Shown: positions 24,888-37,300 of the stretch, one piece after another | How the letters are laid out: the number at the start of each line of letters is the position of its first letter | Numbering within the stretch: position 1 is the stretch's first letter | Source: Macrostomum lignano | Lineage: Eukaryota | Direction: 5' to 3' | Assembly: GCA_002269645.1 (NCBI GenBank) | Contig: NIVC01000240.1 | Location: 124,001-188,000, forward strand | Length of the DNA: 64,000 nt | Notes under the pieces: model-generated | What the model was told of the DNA's origin: nothing | The model's database searches: none | Seen by the model: only the letters and a program-made list of their open reading frames with translations | Position numbers and translations under genes: made by a program

Positions 24888-26419
24888 GAAGGCTAATATT
24901 AATGTGTGTCTAGATGACAATTTACTGACATCATTCAAACAATGTTCCTCGTAGCTTTTGTCGGGAATCTGACAAGCGTAAAATCTCGTGATTAATCTAA
25001 CCAGAAGATTGCAAACATTAGTTGAAACCGGCCTTCAAAATTTCATTGGCTGGGGGCACAGATACTAAAATAACTAGATGTGCCCCTCGCCAATTTGCGT
25101 TTAATCTACTTTCAGTTCAGTAGCAAGTTAAACCGAAGCATTTTAATGTATTTTCAAAGCCAAAGCTCTTTTATTGTCTCTTACCCCCCCCCCCAGCTTA
25201 AACCCTCCAATCGCGCCTTCCACACCCCTGCCCCTGCCTGCAAGCTTGGGCTTCTAAACTTATCAAAGTCATTTCAGCTGCCTTTATTTTTATAGAATAG
25301 CTTATGTATTCTTCTTTGCTACTGAACTGAAAGTAGAAAGCTGTTTTACTAAGTATATATGCCTGAGTGGCCCATCTAGTTATTTTAGTATCTGTGACTG
25401 TGGGTAGGTGTTCATTTTAAGATAAAATTATTCATTAAAATGAGTTTTAAAGGCCGGTTTTCTACAAAAATAACTGCTAGTGTCTACTGACTGACTGGCG
25501 TTGCCCATCAATGTTCCCTATATATTAAGTAGTGAGGCGTTTTATTAGTTATGCCAGATAGTCTCTGCTATAAAGTAGTGTTGCAAATTGAAAGCATTGT
25601 TGTCCTGTTTGTTAATCCATTCGTTTTCTAATTATTGTTATTAATCTTTTTCGTTTTAAAATTTTTTTATGTAGATTTTAAGAAGAATACGCTATCAATA
25701 CTACTTAAGCGTAGCTAGTGTGAGTAGCAAGTTCATTCGCACAAAGTTACTTAATGTGTTTTGATTCGACTATTTTGCCAGGATAGAAGTGAAAATCTCT
25801 TGAATGTTTCATTCTCAACCGCCTCCACTGATGCATAATATTAATTACAGTAGTAAGTGCTGCATATTATAGTAATTTTGTCTGTCTGTATCCAGGGGCA
25901 GTCTCATTCTGACCTGGCACGTTGCAAGGCCTCGATCTTGCTACAAAATTGATCCAACACAGCTTATCGAATATTTGATAACTTAAGCTATTTCCATTAA
26001 TCCTATTACGCTGTTTAACCACCTGCTTCTCACAATTTTTCTTTGTCATTGTTGTACTTTTCTGTTTTCTGTTGTTCACATTTTTTGTTTTTTTTTAATC
26101 TGACACGTTTATCCTGCTATATCCATTTGTTTATCGAGACTGTTATAGATTATATTTAAGGAGTCCACACTTTTACGCTCTTAACATAAGCATATAGAAT
26201 TTGTTTGTTCAGGTTCATTCGCTTAGCAGCTTTCAATTTGCTGACCAATTCAAATTGATATGTGAAACAATTACTCAAGACTCTTAACTTCATTAAGAGG
26301 CTTCTGAATACATTATTTCCTTTTTATTGTCTGCCATAAGATTATAATTTTAATTATCCAATTGACTAAAGATCCTGACTAAAGATTTGCCCATTCTGTA
26401 AAACCTTTCCATCCAGAAA

Positions 26420-26745
26420 CTCCCGCTCTAAAATCCCCCCACCCCACGGAGTCTTTTCCGCTCTAAAACCGCCCTCCCACGGAGTCTTTTCCGCTCTAAA
26501 ACCGCCCCCACGGAGTCTTTTCCGCTCTAAAACCGCCCTCCCACGGAGTCTTTTCCGCTCTAAAACCGCCCTCCCACGGAGTCTTTTCCGCTCTAAAACC
26601 GCCCTCCCACGGAGTCTTTTCCGCTCTAAAACCGCCCCCACGGAGTCTTTTCCGCTCTAAAACCGCCCCCACGGAGTCTTTTCCCCTCTAAAACCGCCCT
26701 CCCACGGAGTCTTTTACGCTCTAAAACCGCCCCCACGGAGTCTTC
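26420..26745. repeat. 31-33-bp minisatellite upstream of RPS5 copy 1
   Basis: Unit cacggagtcttttccgctctaaaaccgccctcc, about 10 copies. Confidence 0.93.
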
Positions 26746-26879
26746 CCCTCTTAACCCCCCCCCCCTTACTGAGTATTTAAAAGTGCACAAAGCGCTCGTC
26801 GATAATATCTTTAAGATTTACTGTTGGCTTGAAGGTGATATGTATTGTTTAACGCATGCAGTGCTAGCCACGCATAACC

Positions 26880-27985
26880 ATGGAAGAAGTGCCAACGGTT
26901 GAGTTGCCGCAGATCAAGCTGTTCGGCAAGTGGAACCTCGACGATGTCCAGGTGTCCGACATTGCTCTGGCTGACTACATTGCCGTGAAGGACAAGGCGG
27001 CCAGGTATGTGCCTCACTCTGCCGGCAGGTACCAGGTGAAGCGGTTCCGCAAGGCCCTGTGCCCGATTGTTGAACGGGTGACCAACTCGCTGATGATGCA
27101 CGGCCGGAACAACGGCAAGAAGATCAAGGCTATGATGATCATGAAGCACACGCTTGAGATCATCCACCTGCTGACTAATGAGAACCCCGTGCAGGTGAGA
27201 ATTTTAATTATGATTTTTATTAACTTAATTTAGGCTCATCTTTCCCTTGTTTGTATGAACATATGCAAGGATGGATTATCCCTATATAGTGAGCAACTAC
27301 TCGTACCTAGTTAAAAAACTACCTATTCCCCATTAGGGAACCGTCTATTCCTCATTAGGAAACCGCCTATTCCCCATTAGGGAACTGCCTATTTTCTATT
27401 AGGAAACTGCCAATTTTTTATTAGAGAACTGCCTATTCCCCATTAGGAAACCGCCTATTCCCCATTAGGGAACTGCCTATTCCCCATTAGGAAACTGCCT
27501 ATTCCCCATTAGGGAACGTCTATTCCCCTAGGGAACCGCTTGCTGCTCACGCGGGAATCATGTGTTGTCTGAAAGATCGTCAGTATTGAAAGCCTCATCA
27601 CCATGACCAGTCATCCTGGCCTTATGAGCAGTTTCTATCTCCCAAGAAGTCTACTGTCTCAGTATTCACCAACAAAAACTCGCCGCCCCGCCCTCCCCAG
27701 ATCCTGGTGAGCGCCATCATCAACAGCGGCCCCCGTGAGGACTCGACTCGCATCGGTCGGGCCGGCACGGTTCGCCGTCAGGCCGTCGACGTGTCGCCGC
27801 TTCGCCGAGTGAACCAGGCGATCTGGCTGCTGTGCACGGGCGCCAGGGAGGCCGCCTTCCGCAACATCAAGACCATCGCCGAGTGCTTCGCGGACGAGCT
27901 GATCAACGCCGCGAAGGGCTCCAGCAACAGCTACGCCATCAAGAAGAAGGACGAGCTGGAGCGAGTCGCCAAGTCCAACCGTTAA
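26880..27985 (+). CDS. RPS5: 40S ribosomal protein S5 (uS7), copy 1; exons 26880-27194 and 27701-27985 (199 aa)
   Basis: IKLFGKW...[21 protein letters not shown] and [13 protein letters not shown]...[14 protein letters not shown]. Phase-0 intron cag|gtgaga...ccctccccag|atc. Confidence 0.96.
27320..27535. repeat. About 22-bp tandem repeat in the RPS5-1 intron
   Basis: Unit cctattccccattagg(g/a)aac(c/t)g, about 9 copies. Confidence 0.85.
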
Positions 27986-28339
27986 ATATTGGCGTTATCG
28001 GCGTTTGGCGAAAACTTTCTGCCCCCTTTTGACTGCAAATGCTCTGCTTCTGTGCTCTGAAAGCGTTCATTTTTTGTTTTGCGAAAGAAAATTTGAGTAG
28101 CGGGCAAAATAAAAATGCAGCGCCTTTGGGCGTCTGTTGCACGATGGATTGAAAATAAAGCTTGAAAATTCGGTTATTGTCTTGTGCTTCTTTTGGTTCT
28201 TGCTGCTTTTTCTGCTAGACCCAGAGTAGGAATTGAAAATAAATTTTTCTAGCTAGCCAAGTCTATCGTTTTCAACTAGCATCGCAGGCTAAATACCCGG
28301 GAATAAACACAATTTCAGTTCTAACCGTCAACTTGACAA

Positions 28340-31300
28340 ATGGAAGAAGTGCCAACGGTTGAGCTGCCGCAGATCAAGCTGTTCGGCAAGTGGAACCTCG
28401 ACGATGTCCAGGTGTCCGACATTGCTCTGGCTGACTACATTGCCGTGAAGGACAAGGCGGCCAGGTATGTGCCTCACTCTGCCGGCAGGTACCAGGTGAA
28501 GCGGTTCCGCAAGGCCCTGTGCCCGATTGTTGAACGGGTGACCAACTCGCTGATGATGCACGGCCGGAACAACGGCAAGAAGATCAAGGCTATGATGATC
28601 ATGAAGCACACGCTTGAGATCATCCACCTGCTGACCAATGAGAATCCCGTGCAGGTGAGAATTTCCCACTGCAGTTTTAATCGAATGCTTGAACATCATT
28701 TGGGAGGACATTTACTACTCCATGCTCAAATACGTTAGTCCTAAAGTACTTTTAATAGTTCTGAAGCCATCATCTTTATAGTGAATTATAGTACATTTGT
28801 TTCAGTACCATTTTACTATCCAAGCAGGTAGCTTAGCTTATCATGTATTGGTTGGTTCGTTCACTAATTCGACCGATTGTATTACCCTGCATTATCTCGT
28901 TTGACGTCTGTGATATATGCCTACCTTATTATTAACGCCATGCCCTAATTACCCTGTAGCCCTTCCTCTTTAGAAGTAAGGCTCCATTTCTGTGAGCTGG
29001 CGTGCTATTAAATTATTACCAGCAGGTGTGTCGAGTAATCTTCTCGAGCGCTATTAATTAATGACCTTCAATACTGTAGCTTGCAATAATGCATCCGGTT
29101 TTAGTGCTAAACTAGCCAATTCCAACCCCCGTTGGGGCTTTCCGTCCAAACTCCAATCACAGTTTTCCCACGCAATAAAATTTCACCCCACTGAATCCCA
29201 CATCCAAAGAATCCCTCATCCAAAAAATCCCCCATCTATAAAATCTCTGATGCAAAGAATCTCACATGCAAAGAATTCACTATCCAAAGAATCCGCCATC
29301 TAAAGAACCTCCATCGATAGAATCCACTCAATTCCCCACTCCACACAATCCACACAATTCCCCACTAAAGGAATCCTCCTATCTGAAGAATTCCCCATCC
29401 AATGAATCGCCCATCCATAGAATCTCACATGCAAAGAATCCTATGTCCAAAGAATCCTCCATTCAAAGAGCCCCCCATTGATAGAATCCTGATTCGAAGA
29501 ATCCCCATCCAATGAATTTCCTATCCAAGGAATCCGCCATACACAGAATCCCCATCCAAAGAATCTCAAATCCATCCCTATCCAAAGAATCCCCATCTAA
29601 ATAATCGACATCCAAATAATCCCCATCCACAAAATCCCCATCTAAATAATCCAAAGATTCTGAAATCCAAATCATCCCTTATCTAAAAAATCATTGACAA
29701 AATAATCCCCTCATCTAAAGAACCCCCGTCCAAATAATCCCAATCCAAAGAATCCAAAGAATCCCCCTCCAGAAAACCCCCCTCTAAAGAATCCACATCC
29801 AAATAATCCCCATTAACATAAACCCCATCCAAAGAATCCAAAGAACCCCCCATCCAAAGAATCCAAAGAATCTCCCATCCAAATAGAATCCTTGGCCAAA
29901 GAATCCCCTCATCTACAGAACACCCATCCAAATAACCCCCATCTAAAGAATCCCCTCATGCAAATAATCTCCGTCCAAACAATCCAAATCCAATCCAATC
30001 CAAAAGATCCCTTTATCGGAAGAACCCTTCATCGAAAGAATCCCCCATCGAAAGAAGTTCCCAATGAATCATTCTTACCAAGCCTTGAAATCTCAGTAAT
30101 TCCCCTCCCCAAGACTTGACATCTCAAAAATTACCCTTAAGCCTTGACATCTCAGTAATTACCCCCCCCCCCTAAGACTTGACATCTTAGCAATTTCTCC
30201 CCGTCTCAAGTCTTGACATCTCAGAAATTCCCCCCACGCCTTGACATCTCAGAAATTCCCCCAGTAAGCCTTTATATCTCAGTAATTTCCGAAGTAAGTC
30301 TTGCCATCTCAGCAATTCCCCTCTGTAAGACTTGACATCTAAGGAATTTCCCATTAAGCAATGACATCTCAGTAATTCACCCAGTAAGTCTTTATATCTC
30401 AGTAATTCCCCCTAGTAAATCTTGACATCTTAGCAATTTCTCCTAGTCAAAAGCGTTGACATCTCAGCAATCCCCCCCCCCTAAGACTTGACCTCCACAG
30501 AATCTCCGTTCAAAGAATCCCTCATCCAAAGAACCCCCCATCCATCCCTATCCAAAGAACCCCAGATCCATCCCTATCCAAAGAACCCCCATCCATCCCT
30601 ATTCAAAGAATCCCCCATCCACCCCTATCCAAAGAATCCCCCTCTTAAGAATCTCCCATTCAAATAATCCCCCATCAAAAGAATCATTGGCCAAAGAATC
30701 CCCTCATCTAAAGAACCACCGTCGAAATACTCCCCATCCAAAGAATCCCCTCATAAAGAATCCCCCCCAAATAATCTCATATCCAAAGGATCACTCTATA
30801 GAAAGAAGCCTTCAGCTAAAGAATCCCCCATTCAAAGAACCCTTCATCGATTTAGTAATCCCCCAACGAAGGAATTCCCCAATGAATCACTATCCAAAGA
30901 TATATATTAGAAGCACCCTCCCTCATTCAAAGAATCCCCAATCCATAGAATTCCCCCAAAGACATGACATCTCAGCAATTCGCCCTCAGGACTTGAAATC
31001 TCTGCAATTCCCTTCCCTAAGATTTTGACATCTCAGAAATTCCCCCAAGCCTTCACATCTCAGCAATTCCCCCTTAGACTTGATATCTCACAGATTTCCC
31101 CCTTCTAAGACTTGACATCTCAGGAATTTCCCCACCAAGCATTGACATCTCGGAAATTCCCCCATGCCTTCACATCTCAGCAATTCGCCCTCAAGCCTTG
31201 GCATCTCAGTAATTCCCCCCCCCCAAGCCTTGAAATCTCAGCAATTCCGTCTTACGTCTTGACATCTCGGCAAGTCCCTCTAAGCATTTGACATCTCAGC

Positions 31301-34300
31301 AATTCCCCCCCCCCCCCTAAGACTTGACATCTCAGGAATTTCCCCACCAAGCCTTGGCATCTCAGCAAGTCCCTCTTAAGCCTTGGCATCTCAGCAAGTC
31401 CCTCTTAAGCCTTGACATCTCAGCAAGTCCCTCTTAAGCCTTGGCATCTCAGCAAGTCCCTCTTTAGCCTTGGCATCTCAGCAATTCTCCCCCCCCCCCC
31501 CCAAGACTTGACATCTCAGGAATTTCCCCACCAAGACTTGACATCTCAGGAATTTCCCCACCAAGCCTTGGTATCTCAGCAAGTCCCTGTTAAGCCTTGC
31601 CATCTCAGCAATTCCCTCCCCCCTCTAAGCCTTGACATCTCAGCAATTCCCTCCCCCCTCTAAGCCTTGACATCTCAGCAATTCCCTCCCCCTCTAAGAC
31701 TTGACATCTCAGGAATTTCCCCACTAAGCCTTGACATCTCAGTGATTCCCCCAGTTAGCAATCTCCCCCGAGCAAGCATTCCCAAAAGCAAGCGTCCTTC
31801 CGATAGCAAGCATCCCCTGATAGAAAGTACCCCCAGCAAGATTGTGAAACAATTTCGTCAGCTATTACAATAATTAATTTCTTATCTATTGGAATAGTCC
31901 TTTTTAAAACTTTTCAAAATTTAAAGTTGAATAAAATTTTTGATTATACTACATGAACGCTCGTAGCTTCTTCTCTTTTACCTGATTTACTTGACATTTT
32001 TAAGATTCCTTTAGCTTTCTTGAAATTAATTTTTTTAATAAAAAACTTCAACACTCTAAAAATTCGAACCCACGTCGCTGCATTAGCAGTTCAGTCTGTT
32101 TACCTCTAGGCTAGCTCTCATCGTTTTGATAACATGAATTGTAGCACTTATATATTTCAACACTTTGAAAACTCCCAGCATAGAGTAGAAATCACTCGAA
32201 GCAGTTACGACGTAATCAATTTCTCAGGCAGTCAATATCAGTTTCAATTAATAAAGTCAACAATTAAAGTCAACAATATGGTTACGCAATCTAAATTTAG
32301 ATCTAATGGCGCTGGCTTGAATAGTGGAGTTGCGATAAATAGGGGTTTGCGATATGAGAGAGCGTACAATGAGAAGTAAAATAGAGTAATGAGTAAAGAG
32401 TAATCGAGTAAAGAGTAAGAGTAAAAAGTATAGAGTAAAAAGTATAGAAATTTCTTTTTTATGCTGTGCTTTTAATTTTTCAAATCTCAGCAAACAAATT
32501 ATATTCTCGAACTCAGCGTTTCTAGCTCTTTCCAGCAATACAAGGCTCTCTTCTGAAAGTGAAAAACTCGAAGCACAAACAACGGTTTGATATTCCTGCT
32601 TTAAAGCAGTCAAATTCATAAAGGTGTACATTCAGCGCCAGCTACAGTGAGAGGCCTGCAGTTGATGCATTGAAATTCACAACCAAGCCAATGCCCGGGA
32701 CTCATTGAATGGCAATACCCGCCCCTCAATTCAATAACTAAAAGGTGTTGCGCAACCTTTCAACGCTTATAGCTCTCTACGCCAGTGTAGAGAACCAATG
32801 CTATAGTTGGCACTGAGTTATGATGCAATACAATTCCATCGGCAGTCAGAATGCTTCTCAATTGGAAAGAACTGTTTGAACTTAAAAATGCGGGGCAAAA
32901 ATCGAGTTTTTCGAATATTTAAGCCCGAAAAAATGAAGCAATTTCTTAGCAAAATTTCGTGTACCAGCGCGCCATCAATACGCATCGAATGCAGAAAACC
33001 CCGCGAAATTCCGACCATGTAGAGCCAAGTTACACGAAGGTTCCTATAGGTACATAGTTTTGACTAGCAATCTTCGCCCCCCGATGGGGGACATCTGGAT
33101 AGAATCCTTGTTCTTTACAAATAAAGACTCCAAGAGAAATAACAAATAGACAGGGTCATAAAGCCTTCATGAAAAAGCAACAGACATTTCCTCTAAAAAC
33201 AAAACATCCCAAGACAGCAAGCATCCCCAGACAGCATTCAAGCATCGATACCTAAATAGCAAACATCACCCAGACTTCAAGCATCCCATAGATAGCAAGC
33301 ATCCACCCGATAGCAAGAAACCCCAGATAGCAAGCATCCCCCAGATAGCAAGCATCCCCCAGACCCCAGATAGCAAGCATCCGCCAGATAGCAAGCATCC
33401 CCCAGATAGCAAGCATCCGCCAGATAGCAAGCATCCCCCAGATAGCAAGCATCCCCCAGATAGCAAGCATCCCCCAGATAGCAAGCATCCCCCAGATAGC
33501 AAGCATCCCCCAGATAGCAAGCATCCCCAAGATAGCAAGCATCCCCCAGACCGCAAGCAACCCCAGATAGCAAGCATCCACCCGATAACAAGAAACCCCA
33601 GATAGCAAGCATCCCCCAGATAGCAAGCATCCCCAGACCCCAGATAGCAAGCATCCGCCAGATAGCAAGCATCCCCCAGATAGCAAGCATCCGCCAGATA
33701 GCAAGCATCCCCCAGATAGCAAGCATCCCCCAGATAGCAAGCATCCCCCAGATAGCAAGCATCCCCAAGATAGCAAGCATCCCCCAGACCGCAAGCAACC
33801 CCAGATAGCAAGCATAACCTGGATACAAAGAGACCTTATAGATATCTAGCAACCCCCTCTCAAGATAGCAAGTACCCTCCACCCCCCAAGAGCAAGCATC
33901 TCCCAATAGCAAGTAACCCCAGTAGCAAGCATCCTTCCGGTAGCAAGCATCCCACCAATAGCAAGCATCCCTCAGATAGCAAGCATCCATCAGATAGCAA
34001 GCATCCCCCTGATAGCAAGTATCTATCCTTAAATAGCAATCATCCAACAGAGAACAAGTAGCTAGTGCAACAATTTCCTTAGCTTTATAGTGGCTCCGTT
34101 TTGTTTGGCATGACACTTTTTATGTTTGAAACGGTGTCTCTTTTATGTTTGAAACGGTGGCTCTTTTATGTTTGAAATTGTGGCTCTTCTATGTTTGACA
34201 TGACGTCTCTTCTATGTTTGACATGGTGGCTCTTTAATGTTCGACATGATGGCTCTTCTATGTTTGCCATGGCGGCCCTTTTACGTTTAAAATGGTGTCT

Positions 34301-37300
34301 CTGTTATGTTTGACATGGTGGCTCAGTTGTTTGACATGGTGGCTCAGTTGTTTGACATGGTGGCTCAGTTGTTTGACATGGTGGCTCAGTTGTTTGACAT
34401 GGTGGCTCAGTTGTTTGACATGGTGGCTCAGTTGTTTGACATGGTGGCTCAGTTGTTTGACATGGTGGCTCAGTTGTTTGACATGGTGGCTCAGTTGTTT
34501 GACATGGAGTTACGTATATGTTTGACATGGTGGCTCTTTTATGTTCGACATGGTGGCACTTTTATGTTTGGCATAGTGGCTCTTTTATATTTGACATGAT
34601 GGCTATTTTATATTCGACATGTTGCTCTTTTATGTTTGACACGGAGTCACGTATATGTTTGACGAAATGGCTCTTTAATGTTCGCAATGTTGGCCCTCTT
34701 ATGTTTGACATGGAGTCACATATATGTTTCACATGGTGGCGCTTTAATGTTTGACATGGAGTCACGTATATGTTTGACATGGTGGCTCTTTTATGTTCGA
34801 CATGGTGCTCTTTTATGTTTGGCATGGTGGCTCTGTTATGTTTGACATGGTGGCTCAGTTGTTTGACATGGTGGCTCTTTAATGTTTGACATGGAGTCAC
34901 GTATATGTTTGACATGGTGGCTCTTTTATGTTTGACATAGTGGCTCTTTAATGTTCCCCATGGTGGCTCTTTTATGTTCGACATGGTGCTCTTTTATGTT
35001 TGACATGGTGGCACTTTAATGTTTGACATGGTGGCTCTTTAATGTTTGACATGGTAGCTCTTTAATGTTTGACATGGTGGCTCTTTAATGTTTGACATGG
35101 TGGCTCTTTAATGTTTGACATGGTGGCTCTTTAATGTTTGACATTGTGGCTCTTTAATGTTTGACATGGTGGCTCTTTAATGTTTAACATGGTGGCTCTT
35201 TTTTCGACATGGTGGCTCTTTAATGTTCGACATGGTGGCTCTTTTATGTTCGAAGTGGTGGCTCTTTTATGTTTGACATGGTGGCTCTTTAATGTTTGAC
35301 ATGGTGGCTCTTTAATGTTAAATGTTAAATGTTTGACATGGTGGCTCATTAATGTTTGACATGGTGGCTCTTTAATGTTTGACATGGTAGCTCTTTAATG
35401 TTTGATATGGTGGCTCTTTAATGTTTGACATGGTGGCTCTTTAATGTTTGACATGGTGGCTCTTTAATGTTTGACATGGTGGCTCTTTAATGTTTGACAT
35501 GATGGCTCTTTAATGTTTGACATGGTGGCTCTTTTATGTTTGACATTGTGGCTCTTTAATGTTTGACATGGTGGCTCTTTAATGTTTGACATGGTGGCTC
35601 TTTAATGTTTGACATGGTGGCTCTTTAATGTTTGAAATGGTGGCTCTTTATTGTTCGACATGGTGGCTCTTTTAGGTTCGACATAGTGGCTCTTTAGTGT
35701 TCGAAATGGTGGCTCTTTTATGTTTGACATGGTGGCTCTTTAATGTTTGACATGGTGGCTCTTTAATGTTTGAAATGGTGGCTCTTTATTGTTCGACATG
35801 GTGGCTCTTTTAGGTTCGACATAGTGGCTCTTTAGTGTTCGAAATGGTGGCTCTTTTATGTTTGACATGGTGGCTCTTTAATGTTTGACATGGTGGCTCT
35901 TTAATGTTAAATGTTAAATGTTTGACATGGTGGCTCATTAATGTTTGACATGGTGGCTCTTTAATGTTTGACATGGTAGCTCTTTAATGTTTGATATGGT
36001 GGCTCTTTAATGTTTGACATGGTGGCTCTTTAATGTTTGACATGGTGGCTCTTTTATGTTTGACATGGTGGCTCTTTAATGTTTGACATGGTGGCTCTTT
36101 AATGTTTGACATGGTGGCTCTTTAATGTTTGACATGGTGGCTCTTTAATGTTTGAAATGGTGGCTCTTTATTGTTCGACATGGTGGCTCTTTTAGGTTCG
36201 ACATAGTGGCTCTTTAGTGTTTGACAATGTGGCTCTTAATGTTTTACATGGTGGCTCTTTAATGTTCGACATGGTGGCTCTTTTATGTTCGACATGGTGG
36301 CTCTTTAATGTTTGACATGGTTTTTCTTTTATGTTTGACATGGTAGCTCATTTATGTTCGACATGGTGGCTCTTTAATGTTTGACATGGAGTCATGTATA
36401 TGTTTGACATGGTGGCTCTTTAATGTTTGACATGGTGGCTCTTTAATGTTTGACATGGTGGCTCTTTAATGTTTGACATGGTGGCTCTTTAATGTTTGAC
36501 ATGGTGACTCGTTAATGTTAGACATGGTGGCTCTTTTATGTTTGACCTGGTGGCACCTTAATGTCTGTAATGATGGCTCTTTAATGTTCGACATGGTGCC
36601 TCTTTAATGTTTGACATGGTGGCTCTTTATTGTTAAACATGGTGGCTGTTTAATTTTTGACATGGTGGCTCTTTATTGTTCGACATGGTGGCTCTTTAAT
36701 GTTCGAAATGGTGGCTCTTTAATGTTCGAAATAGTGGCTCTTTTATGTTCAACATGGTGGCTCTTTAATGTTCGAAATGGTGGCTGTTTAATGTTCGAAA
36801 TGGTGGCTCTTTTATGTTTGACATAAAGTCACTTATATGTTTTACATGGTGCCTCTTAAATATTAGACATGGTGGCTCATTTAGGTTTGACATGGTGGCT
36901 CTTTTATGTTTGACCAGGTAACTCTTTTATGTTCGATATGTTGGCTCTTTAATGTTCGACATGGTGGCTCTTCTATGTTTGACATTGCACTTCTTTTATG
37001 TTTAGCAGTTTTTTGTTTTTAAGGTGTTTTAATAAAAAAAATCTATTTTGCACTACTAAGATTCGAACCCAGGTCGCTACATTAGCATTCCAGTCTGTTC
37101 GCATCAGGGCTATCTTTTTTCAATTGGAGAACATGAATTGTGGCCCTTATAATTCAATTCTTACAGCAAGTCAATTGGAGCAAAAAGTTATGACATAATC
37201 AATTTCTCAGTCAGCCAGTATCAGTCTCAATTTAAGTTGGCAATATGGTTACGCAATTTCAATTCAAGTCGTGTGTGCGTTTCTTTGACACTGTTTTCAA

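Noticed and set aside
26811-28711. Antisense ORFs over RPS5 exons (also over EPHX, the TRP gene and the LINE)
   Set aside because: Shadow frames of GC-rich coding sequence, duplicated only because the sense exons are.
27195-29170. snoRNAs in RPS5 introns
   Set aside because: Ribosomal-protein introns often host them, but no convincing C/D or H/ACA box arrangement was visible.
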